A DNA stretch of 64,000 nt from an uncultured Collinsella sp. (GTDB lineage: Bacteria; Actinomycetota; Coriobacteriia; Coriobacteriales; Coriobacteriaceae): the NCBI GenBank assembly GCA_900757385.1, contig CAAENO010000218.1:5226-69225 (forward strand), read 5' to 3'. A model generated the notes under the pieces. That model was given only the letters and a program-made list of their open reading frames with translations, ran no database searches and was not told the DNA's origin. Of this stretch, positions 35,793-44,590 are shown piece by piece; within the stretch, counting starts at the first letter, position 1; each line of letters opens with the position of its first letter. The position numbers and the translations under genes were made by a program.

Positions 35793-37366
35793 GGTTGATT
35801 TTCAATCTCAACGCAACAGCCTGAACGGGCCCCGCGTTTCCGCAGCTAGCGCAACGCGGGAATAGCTCCCGGCACCTGGCCGTCGCACCGTTTCCGCAGG
35901 TGGAGAGGCTATGGAGGCCGGTGCCCCCATGCCGCCGCCGCATGCTCCGCCAGCCCGCCGCGCAGCCGTTCCGGACTCAGCGCAACGGGCCTTCCGGCCC
36001 ATGTCCCGGCCCGCCGCCTATCCCGCCAGCGGCCCCTCGCCCCTCGCGGCCCTGGCCCTGTCGATGCAGCCGGGCGTGAGGTCGAGCTCGCCGGGCGCCA
36101 GCTCCTCTATCCCGAACGCGTCCATGAGGGCGGAGGCGTCCTCCCCGAGGGCCATCCGCAGCACGCGCGCCGGCGTCAGGAACCCGAGCGCCCCCCTCGG
36201 CTCGGAGTTCACCTGCGACATGAGCAGCGCGCAGTCCGCCGCCTCCAGCCGGTCGAACCTGGCCCCGGCGCCCTTGGGCAGCAGCTTCCTGATCTCCACG
36301 TGGTTCTTCTCGCACGCGCCCTTCTGCTGGCTCTGCCGGGGGTCGCAGTAGAAGAGCCTGGTCTCGCCGTCCCGCTCGCCGATCAGCGCCGCGATGGCGC
36401 CCTCGTCGGCGAACTCGCTCCCGTTGTCGGCGAGCACGGCGCCGAAGGCGCGCCTCGCGCCGTCCTCGCCGAGGACCCCGCGCAGGGAGGAGAGCGCCGC
36501 CAGGACCGAGGCGCACGTGCCGTCCGGCAGCGGCAGGGCCAGCTGGAAGCGGCTCGGGCGGTGCAGGAGCGTGAGGAGCCTGGCGGAGTCGCCCCTGGCG
36601 CCCTCGACGGTGTCCATCTCCCAGGCCGCGGCGCAGGCGTCCTCGCCGAGCGCGAGGAACGACGCGTGCGACCTGCGCGCCGAGTGGGACGTCGCCCTCC
36701 CCGGGGCCCGGCGCGACCTCGGCCTGTAGCCGACCTTGCGCCTGAGCTCCATGTTCGTCATGCCGTCGTAGCCGGCGTCCACCCACCTGTAGACGGTGGA
36801 GGCGCTGAGCCCGGGGGTCGCCGCCGCTATCTGCTGCGGGGAGAGCCCGCGCGCGAGCCCGTCCCTGATGGCCGCGAGCTTGGCGGCGGCGCCCTCCTCG
36901 GTCTCGTCGATCCCGGACCTGCTCGCCGACAGCTCGGCGTCGGCCGCCTCCTGCGCCCTCCTTGCGCTGTAGAACACCCTGGGCCTCCTCGAGCAGCCGT
37001 AGCCCCTCCTGTGCGAGCAGCCGTTGCAGCACCTCGGCCACGCGGAGAGCCTGGGGCAGGCCCCCGAGAGGTCCGCGGGCGCGGGCTCGCCGTAGCGCGA
37101 GCGCGGCGCGGTGACGTAGCGGTGCGCCGCAACCTCCCTGGTCACGGTCGAGGGCGACCTGCCGAGCTCCGCGGCGATCTCGCGGGCGCTGCGGTTGCGG
37201 TCGAGCATCCTCTCGACCGTGTTCCTCTCGTGCCTCGTGAGCCTCCCGTACGACCTTCCGGACGGCTTGGGTCTGGACATGCCGGCCTCCCTCCATCGCG
37301 GGCCGGGGGATTCCGGCCCCTCTGGGGTTGCCTACCCGGATTCGCGCCTCAGGACTCAGCGCAACG
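35793..37366 (-). mobile_element. IS30-family insertion sequence, left copy (IRR near 35793; IRL cut by the palindrome axis)
   Basis: End GGTTGATTTTCAATCTCAACGCAAC resembles the IS30 IR ending TCAACGCAAC; abrupt GC increase; DDE transposase. Confidence 0.88.
36018..37280 (-). CDS. IS30-family transposase
   Basis: HTH IAAELGRSPSTVTREV, Cys-rich CPRL..WPRCCNGC, WEMDTV, ADNGSEF, QQKGACEKNH..IR. Confidence 0.95.
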   Translation of the reverse strand: MSRPKPSGRSYGRLTRHERNTVERMLDRNRSAREIAAELGRSPSTVTREVAAHRYVTAPRSRYGEPAPADLSGACPRLSAWPRCCNGCSHRRGYGCSRRPRVFYSARRAQEAADAELSASRSGIDETEEGAAAKLAAIRDGLARGLSPQQIAAATPGLSASTVYRWVDAGYDGMTNMELRRKVGYRPRSRRAPGRATSHSARRSHASFLALGEDACAAAWEMDTVEGARGDSARLLTLLHRPSRFQLALPLPDGTCASVLAALSSLRGVLGEDGARRAFGAVLADNGSEFADEGAIAALIGERDGETRLFYCDPRQSQQKGACEKNHVEIRKLLPKGAGARFDRLEAADCALLMSQVNSEPRGALGFLTPARVLRMALGEDASALMDAFGIEELAPGELDLTPGCIDRARAARGEGPLAG

Positions 37367-38940
37367 CGTTGCGCTGAGTCCTGAGGCGCGAATCCGGGTA
37401 GGCAACCCCAGAGGGGCCGGAATCCCCCGGCCCGCGATGGAGGGAGGCCGGCATGTCCAGACCCAAGCCGTCCGGAAGGTCGTACGGGAGGCTCACGAGG
37501 CACGAGAGGAACACGGTCGAGAGGATGCTCGACCGCAACCGCAGCGCCCGCGAGATCGCCGCGGAGCTCGGCAGGTCGCCCTCGACCGTGACCAGGGAGG
37601 TTGCGGCGCACCGCTACGTCACCGCGCCGCGCTCGCGCTACGGCGAGCCCGCGCCCGCGGACCTCTCGGGGGCCTGCCCCAGGCTCTCCGCGTGGCCGAG
37701 GTGCTGCAACGGCTGCTCGCACAGGAGGGGCTACGGCTGCTCGAGGAGGCCCAGGGTGTTCTACAGCGCAAGGAGGGCGCAGGAGGCGGCCGACGCCGAG
37801 CTGTCGGCGAGCAGGTCCGGGATCGACGAGACCGAGGAGGGCGCCGCCGCCAAGCTCGCGGCCATCAGGGACGGGCTCGCGCGCGGGCTCTCCCCGCAGC
37901 AGATAGCGGCGGCGACCCCCGGGCTCAGCGCCTCCACCGTCTACAGGTGGGTGGACGCCGGCTACGACGGCATGACGAACATGGAGCTCAGGCGCAAGGT
38001 CGGCTACAGGCCGAGGTCGCGCCGGGCCCCGGGGAGGGCGACGTCCCACTCGGCGCGCAGGTCGCACGCGTCGTTCCTCGCGCTCGGCGAGGACGCCTGC
38101 GCCGCGGCCTGGGAGATGGACACCGTCGAGGGCGCCAGGGGCGACTCCGCCAGGCTCCTCACGCTCCTGCACCGCCCGAGCCGCTTCCAGCTGGCCCTGC
38201 CGCTGCCGGACGGCACGTGCGCCTCGGTCCTGGCGGCGCTCTCCTCCCTGCGCGGGGTCCTCGGCGAGGACGGCGCGAGGCGCGCCTTCGGCGCCGTGCT
38301 CGCCGACAACGGGAGCGAGTTCGCCGACGAGGGCGCCATCGCGGCGCTGATCGGCGAGCGGGACGGCGAGACCAGGCTCTTCTACTGCGACCCCCGGCAG
38401 AGCCAGCAGAAGGGCGCGTGCGAGAAGAACCACGTGGAGATCAGGAAGCTGCTGCCCAAGGGCGCCGGGGCCAGGTTCGACCGGCTGGAGGCGGCGGACT
38501 GCGCGCTGCTCATGTCGCAGGTGAACTCCGAGCCGAGGGGGGCGCTCGGGTTCCTGACGCCGGCGCGCGTGCTGCGGATGGCCCTCGGGGAGGACGCCTC
38601 CGCCCTCATGGACGCGTTCGGGATAGAGGAGCTGGCGCCCGGCGAGCTCGACCTCACGCCCGGCTGCATCGACAGGGCCAGGGCCGCGAGGGGCGAGGGG
38701 CCGCTGGCGGGATAGGCGGCGGGCCGGGACATGGGCCGGAAGGCCCGTTGCGCTGAGTCCGGAACGGCTGCGCGGCGGGCTGGCGGAGCATGCGGCGGCG
38801 GCATGGGGGCACCGGCCTCCATAGCCTCTCCACCTGCGGAAACGGTGCGACGGCCAGGTGCCGGGAGCTATTCCCGCGTTGCGCTAGCTGCGGAAACGCG
38901 GGGCCCGTTCAGGCTGTTGCGTTGAGATTGAAAATCAACC
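37367..38940 (+). mobile_element. IS30-family insertion sequence, mirror copy
   Basis: Reverse complement of 35793-37366. Confidence 0.88.
37453..38715 (+). CDS. IS30-family transposase (mirror copy)
   Basis: Identical translation to 36018-37280; GGAGG RBS. Confidence 0.95.
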   Translation: MSRPKPSGRSYGRLTRHERNTVERMLDRNRSAREIAAELGRSPSTVTREVAAHRYVTAPRSRYGEPAPADLSGACPRLSAWPRCCNGCSHRRGYGCSRRPRVFYSARRAQEAADAELSASRSGIDETEEGAAAKLAAIRDGLARGLSPQQIAAATPGLSASTVYRWVDAGYDGMTNMELRRKVGYRPRSRRAPGRATSHSARRSHASFLALGEDACAAAWEMDTVEGARGDSARLLTLLHRPSRFQLALPLPDGTCASVLAALSSLRGVLGEDGARRAFGAVLADNGSEFADEGAIAALIGERDGETRLFYCDPRQSQQKGACEKNHVEIRKLLPKGAGARFDRLEAADCALLMSQVNSEPRGALGFLTPARVLRMALGEDASALMDAFGIEELAPGELDLTPGCIDRARAARGEGPLAG

Positions 38941-39063
38941 TCCGAGTTTTGACTATCGTCAAGGGCGCCGTGCAAGACGTGTGACCTATACAACATATCG
39001 ACAAGAAAAACCGCCGGCGCGGGGCGGCGCCGGCGGTTGCGAGAGAATATCGATTGTTGGCTG

Positions 39064-39354
39064 TTAAGCAGCGACGGCCTCGTAGACCGTGGCGCCCGAG
39101 AAGCTGTCGTGCAGGCTCTTGCCGCAGATCCAAGGCAGCTCGACGACCTCGCAGACCGTGTTGACCAGCTCGGAGCAGTCAGTAAAGTGGCCCTTATCGT
39201 TGAGGGCCTCGCAATCCTGAACACGCCAATAGCCATCGGTGTGCGTAATGTAGTACTCGTGATCGTTGATCGACACGAAAGCGCGCGTCTTGGAACGCAA
39301 CAGCTTCAGAAATCCTTCGAAGTCGGTCTCGACGACATCTCCAGCCTGGAACAT
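39064..39354 (-). CDS. Small hypothetical protein (mirror copy)
   Basis: Identical to 35379-35669. Confidence 0.8.
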   Translation of the reverse strand: MFQAGDVVETDFEGFLKLLRSKTRAFVSINDHEYYITHTDGYWRVQDCEALNDKGHFTDCSELVNTVCEVVELPWICGKSLHDSFSGATVYEAVAA

Positions 39355-39644
39355 GATGTTACCTCCTGGCCCGGCGCCACCATGGCGCGTTGATAAACGT
39401 TGGTACTCCTTTAGTAAAACCTTTATCAGGGCTTATGCGCGCATCATTTAGGCAAATGGTAAAAACCGCAGGGTAGACGGGATAAAACGTTTAATCATCC
39501 CACCGGTTTGTCACATTCTGGCTGAAGTTTTATGCAAACCAACTTTTCCACTCGGTCGCTTGCATTTTTTGGGGCCGACGGCGCGATTACGGTTTTGGTT
39601 CGGCGGGTAAGAACGAGGCATCGCAACCAACGTCAGGAGGACAC

Positions 39645-40166
39645 ATGGGGACCATCGAGGCGCTCATCCATCGCCGCAGCTGCCGCAAATACAGCGATCG
39701 CCCTGTCGAGGCCGAGAAGCTCGCACGCATTATCGAAGCCGGTCAGTATGCGCCGAGCGGCATGGGACGCCAGCCGGTCACGTTCGTCGCCGTCACCGAC
39801 CCCGCAACCGTCGAGCGCCTCTCGCAGCTCAACGCCCAGGCTATGGGTAGCGAGGGAGATCCCTTCTACGGCGCCAAGACCGTTGTGGTGGTACTCGTCG
39901 ACCGCAGCGTGCCCACGCACCTGGAAGACGGCTCACTCGCCATGGGCAACCTGCTCAACGCAGCCTATGCGCTGGGCGTCGATTCGTGTTGGATCCACCG
40001 CGCGCACGAGGTCTTTGACTCACCCGAGGGATTGGAACTGCTGGCCAAGTGGGGTCTGCCCGCCGACGGAAGCCTGCGCGGTGTGGGCAACTGTATTCTG
40101 GGCTATGCCGAAGACGTGCTTCCCCAGGCCAAACCCCGCCGCGACAACGTCGTGCACGTCAGGTAA
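39645..40166 (+). CDS. Nitroreductase (mirror copy)
   Basis: Identical to 34567-35088. Confidence 0.9.
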   Translation: MGTIEALIHRRSCRKYSDRPVEAEKLARIIEAGQYAPSGMGRQPVTFVAVTDPATVERLSQLNAQAMGSEGDPFYGAKTVVVVLVDRSVPTHLEDGSLAMGNLLNAAYALGVDSCWIHRAHEVFDSPEGLELLAKWGLPADGSLRGVGNCILGYAEDVLPQAKPRRDNVVHVR

Positions 40167-40404
40167 TTAGTTCCGCCGTTCTAACGAACGGCGGCCCCGC
40201 TGACGCTGCGCGAGCCGCATTCACGCCAATCTGACGTTCAATTTCGAGGGCGCGACCAAAAGGTCAGCGCCCTCTCATTTCACGTCACCTTGGCACAAAT
40301 GCGGCCCGCTCGCTGTTGGCGACTGACATCGAATGAACCGTTGTTGGCATTCGACACTTGGGCAGCTAAAAAGCCCGTCCCAAATTAGCCACCCCACTCG
40401 CAAC

Positions 40405-40980
40405 TTATCTTGCCGATGGGGTTGTCGTCATTTCGTTCGTCTGGGTCGCTTCGGCTTCGCTGCCTTGTTCATCCTCGCCCTTTTGGGCATCGGCGATCGT
40501 TGCGGCAGCGGCAACAACGCCGCGCTGAGGCGCCACGCCCGTCTGGGCCTGAGCGCCCTCGACAAGCTCCGTGCCGGCATGCGCGAGCTCAGCAGACCCG
40601 AACATCGCACTCAGGTCGGCCCCGCCGCCGGCGTAACCAAGTGCCGCGAGCGCGATGGCGATTATCGCGGCAATGACCACGATCGGCACATAACGATGCC
40701 AGCCTGCGGGATTGAGGCCGCTACGGCGAGCAGCGCCACGGCTAATGTAGCCGAGCGTTCCGTCGTGCTTGAGCTTTGACCCCACCACACGCTTACGGCC
40801 CCACAGCGACGATTCGGCCTGCATGGCCAAGCGAGCGCTTGCCGAAGGATAGCCATATCTAGTGCGTTTGAACGAGCCATCGAAGCCTGAGGCGCTTTTG
40901 CCCCACGTCCGCGAAGTCGTGCGGCGGTTGATCGGCGCCGTGGGCTTTCGAGCCCGATTTGGTTTTGAAGTCTCCGTCAT
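40405..40980 (-). CDS. Hypothetical membrane-anchored protein (mirror copy)
   Basis: Identical to 33753-34328. Confidence 0.6.
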   Translation of the reverse strand: MTETSKPNRARKPTAPINRRTTSRTWGKSASGFDGSFKRTRYGYPSASARLAMQAESSLWGRKRVVGSKLKHDGTLGYISRGAARRSGLNPAGWHRYVPIVVIAAIIAIALAALGYAGGGADLSAMFGSAELAHAGTELVEGAQAQTGVAPQRGVVAAAATIADAQKGEDEQGSEAEATQTNEMTTTPSAR

Positions 40981-41064
40981 ACACCCCCGCACGCCGTAAC
41001 GCAATCGAAACATTACCGCTTTGGACTGTAGCACACGCGCTGCATGCGGTCACGAGCGCCTCGC

Positions 41065-42282
41065 TCAGCGGTCGTCGTCCTTCAGCAAGCGCCACAGGGT
41101 CGTGCGGCTTATTCCCAGCACCTCGGCAGCGCGGGTCCGGTTGCCCTGAAGGTAGCCTACGACCAGCCGCGCGATGTCGCGTTCGGTATCGGTCAGTGGA
41201 CGCAGGATATACAGGTCGCTGTCGAGCGTCGGAGTGCCAAAGGTTGCGGTTTTGATGACGTCTTCCTGGGCGAGCACCTCCTCCGCCACCGTGCGCTCCG
41301 CCACACCCGGCCCTACTAATATATAGAGTCGTTCCGAGACCTCGCGAAGCTGCAGATAGTTACGTGGCCAGCGATAGCCGTTGAGTGTCGAGGCAGCCTC
41401 CTCAGACATACTCGGAGCGGCAGTTCCAAAGACATCTGACAGATACGACAAATACTGCGCGACCTTTTTCGATGCGCCACCCTGCTCGGCAATCGCAGGC
41501 GCCACACTCACTGCGCACGCCAAGCGCTCGGTTACAAAAGCGGCCTGTTCGCTTTCGCCACCGCCCGGCATATCGTTTGCCGTCAGAACCACATGGCAAC
41601 GCGCGGCCAGCGCCGTGTCGGTCATCGTAGAGACAAGCTCGCGCAGACGCTGCGGCGAAAGTGCATGCCAGCCGCCAATACAAAGGGTCAGCCCTGCCTG
41701 GAACAGCGGCGATTCCGAGCTTTTGAGCAGATGGCGCCAGCCGCGATCTGTGAGCTCGTCAAGTGCCACGGACACAAAGGGTTCGTCAGCATAAGGCCCA
41801 TCCAGATAGAGGCGTTTTGCAATCTCTGCCTGGCCGGCACCCAGCTCGCCCTCCAACATGAGGGGCACGCCGCGGGCATAGCTTTCGCAGACGGGGCCAG
41901 AGACCGCAGCGGCACCCTCGACAATGCCGTACGCGCTTGCCTCGTAGCGCGCCTCGACCTCATCTGCGTTAAGCCACTCAATGCCCGCGTGTGCCGCCAC
42001 ACCGCGCACCTCGCGGATCACGACCACCCAAAGCGCGCCGTCTTCCTTGGCGACCGGACGCACCGTGAGGCTCAAGCGCCCTCCCGCATGCCCCATCACC
42101 AGGCGCGTGCCGTTGCCCACGCGCCCCAGGCGCTCGGCGACAAATGCCGCGACATCTTGCTCGAGCGCGACATCATCCATGGTCGAAATCGCCACGTGTC
42201 CATGCCCATCGATTGCCAACGCCGAGGCCCCGGCAGCAGCCAAGGCCTCGATCAAGATTTGTAGCTTGGCGTCACTGTTCAT
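41065..42282 (-). CDS. Fis-HTH regulator (mirror copy)
   Basis: Identical to 32451-33668. Confidence 0.8.
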   Translation of the reverse strand: MNSDAKLQILIEALAAAGASALAIDGHGHVAISTMDDVALEQDVAAFVAERLGRVGNGTRLVMGHAGGRLSLTVRPVAKEDGALWVVVIREVRGVAAHAGIEWLNADEVEARYEASAYGIVEGAAAVSGPVCESYARGVPLMLEGELGAGQAEIAKRLYLDGPYADEPFVSVALDELTDRGWRHLLKSSESPLFQAGLTLCIGGWHALSPQRLRELVSTMTDTALAARCHVVLTANDMPGGGESEQAAFVTERLACAVSVAPAIAEQGGASKKVAQYLSYLSDVFGTAAPSMSEEAASTLNGYRWPRNYLQLREVSERLYILVGPGVAERTVAEEVLAQEDVIKTATFGTPTLDSDLYILRPLTDTERDIARLVVGYLQGNRTRAAEVLGISRTTLWRLLKDDDR

Positions 42283-42547
42283 ATTGCGTCCCGTCCTCGA
42301 CGCCACGCCGCCACCGACGGCCGCGCGGGCGAGTGTTTCAAAATTGAACGATATTGCTCACCAAACACTATAGGGCAGAGGCCGCCGTCCTGCGAGTATA
42401 TGAGTTGCCCCGCATCGCCATCCTGGCGGGGCGATAAGAGCTCTTCGGGACCTATAAACCTGCGGACAAGCCATACCCGCAAGAGCTCCTATCGCTCCAC
42501 CGCAGGCATGCGCTCACCAGCATGCAGCACGCAAATAAGCTACTTCT

Positions 42548-43582
42548 CTACCAGATTCCCAGCACGTGCTGCATTCCCAAACTCATGCACGCAATGCCAA
42601 TCCAGCAGCAAAAGCCCAATGCGATGGGCTTACCGCCCTTTTTGACCAGCTCGACGATATCGGTATTAAAGCCAATAGCCGCCATGGCCATCACGATAAA
42701 GAACTTCGAAAGCTCCTTGATGGGCGCCGTAATGGACGCGGGAAGCTGAAGCACCGTGGTGATTACGCTCGCCAGCACAAAGAACAGCACAAACATGGGA
42801 AACGCGCGTTTAAGCGAGAACGTGCTTTTGGCGTCGCCGCCGGCCTTGCGCGCCAGATGCATCTGCCAGCAAGCAAGCGCCAGCGTGATGGGAATGATGG
42901 CCAGCGTCCTGGTGAGCTTGACCACCGTGGCGCTCTCGAGCACATTGGCGCCGGGATGCATGCTGTCCCAGGCGCTCGCCGCAGCCGTTACGGACGAGGT
43001 ATCGTTGATGGCGGTGCCGGCAAACAGGCCAAAGCCCTCGTTGGTCAGCCCGAGCATGCCGCCGAGCGTTGGAAACACGAGCGCCGCGATAACGTTAAAC
43101 AGGAAGATGACCGAAATGGCCTGGGCAATCTCGCGATCGTCGGCATCGATGACGGGTGCGGTCGCGGCGATGGCAGAACCGCCGCAAATCGACGAACCCA
43201 CACCCACAAGCGTCGCGATCTTACCCGGCACGTTCATAACGCGGCAGAGCACAAAGGCGATGACAAGCGAGGTCGAGATTGTCGCCACGATAATCGGCAG
43301 CGACTGGGCGCCCTTGGACAGAATCTGGGAGAGGTTCATGCCAAAGCCAAGCAGGATAACCGCGTACTGCAAGACTTTTTTGGACGTATAGGTAACGCCG
43401 GCGGCGAGCTGTTCGCGACGATTCTTGGGAAAGACGAGCGCCAGGACCATGCCAAAGAGGATGGCAAACACCGGCCCGCCGACCACCTCAACCTGTTTGC
43501 CGAGCAACGTCGCGGGAATGGCGATGATCAGGCAGAACAAGACGCCTTTCCAGCGCTCGCGTACGATATTTGCCAGTTGCAT
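42548..43582 (-). CDS. YeiH/PSE membrane protein (mirror copy)
   Basis: Identical to 31151-32185. Confidence 0.9.
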   Translation of the reverse strand: MQLANIVRERWKGVLFCLIIAIPATLLGKQVEVVGGPVFAILFGMVLALVFPKNRREQLAAGVTYTSKKVLQYAVILLGFGMNLSQILSKGAQSLPIIVATISTSLVIAFVLCRVMNVPGKIATLVGVGSSICGGSAIAATAPVIDADDREIAQAISVIFLFNVIAALVFPTLGGMLGLTNEGFGLFAGTAINDTSSVTAAASAWDSMHPGANVLESATVVKLTRTLAIIPITLALACWQMHLARKAGGDAKSTFSLKRAFPMFVLFFVLASVITTVLQLPASITAPIKELSKFFIVMAMAAIGFNTDIVELVKKGGKPIALGFCCWIGIACMSLGMQHVLGIW

Positions 43583-43775
43583 ATGGGATTCCTTCTTTCT
43601 ATTTCACGTTTGCGACGGCTTATGATACGGCAACATTGAGCGCAGCCTTGCGCAAACACAGACCAAGATGCCGCAATAGTTCTCGGGCAACAGTCGAATT
43701 ACCCACCGTGGAGAGCTGATTCGCGTCATAATTAACAGCTGACATATCAGTGTGATAGAACGGTTGCGAGGCACT

Positions 43776-44477
43776 ATGGAAGAATCGATGCACGTCGGCG
43801 AGCAGGAAACGAGCCTACAGGACCAGTCCTACCACACCATTCGACGCAAAATCGTCTACCTGGACTACAAGCCGGGCGAAAAGCTGGGCGTAAAGCAGCT
43901 TTGCGATGACCTTGATATGGGGCGAACCCCTGTGCGCGAGGCGCTGGTGCGTCTGGCGCAAGAGGGCCTGGTGCGTACCGTGCCCCAAAGCGGCACCTAT
44001 GTCTCGCCCATCAACCTCACTCTTGCCGAGAGCGCCTGCTACATTCGCGAGCACTTGGAAAAGCAGGTGATTGTGGAGTGCTGCGCCCGTGCCACCTCGG
44101 CAGGCATCGAGCAGCTCGACCGAGCCATCGCACTGCAGGAAAAGGCCATGGCCGAAGAGGATCGCATCGGCTTCTTTTTGAGCGACAACCTCATGCATCA
44201 CATGATTTTTAGCATCGCATGTCGCAGCACCGTTTGGTCGTGGCTCGAAGAGACCAATGCCGACCTGGAGCGCTTCCGCTGGCTGCGCGCCGCCACGCAG
44301 GTTCTCGACAATCAGGACATCGTGAACGAGCACAAGCAGATTCGCCGCGCTATCGCCGGTCGCGACCCCATCGAAGCGAGCTTTTTGGTCAGCAAGCACC
44401 TGCACATGATGTTCCGCAACCAAACCGAGGTTCTGGACCAGTTCCCCGAGTACTTCGAGACCAGTAAGCTCCGCTAA
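43776..44477 (+). CDS. GntR/FCD regulator (mirror copy)
   Basis: Identical to 30256-30957. Confidence 0.9.
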   Translation: MEESMHVGEQETSLQDQSYHTIRRKIVYLDYKPGEKLGVKQLCDDLDMGRTPVREALVRLAQEGLVRTVPQSGTYVSPINLTLAESACYIREHLEKQVIVECCARATSAGIEQLDRAIALQEKAMAEEDRIGFFLSDNLMHHMIFSIACRSTVWSWLEETNADLERFRWLRAATQVLDNQDIVNEHKQIRRAIAGRDPIEASFLVSKHLHMMFRNQTEVLDQFPEYFETSKLR

Positions 44478-44590
44478 CCTGCCAAAAAGGGACAGGTTTA
44501 TTTTGGCAGGTTTTATCTGGGCAAATGCAACAAGGCCCGGCTTCGCTGCAACGGAGCCGGGCCTCGGTCACTAGAACGGCGGAACAACAA

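Noticed and set aside
37340..37393. Protelomerase (telRL) target of a linear phage/plasmid
   Set aside because: No protelomerase, phage or plasmid genes in the window; the site is explained by IS30 end motifs. A hairpin end of other origin is not excluded.
35977..38756. Two 818-aa ORFs spanning the palindrome axis
   Set aside because: Arg/Gly/Pro-rich shadow frames of the very GC-rich transposase, joined only by the fold-back; no recognisable domains.
35793..38940. Composite transposon or canonical IS30 dimer
   Set aside because: No cargo between the copies, the orientation is head-to-head, IRL is incomplete, and symmetry continues for tens of kb beyond the IS.
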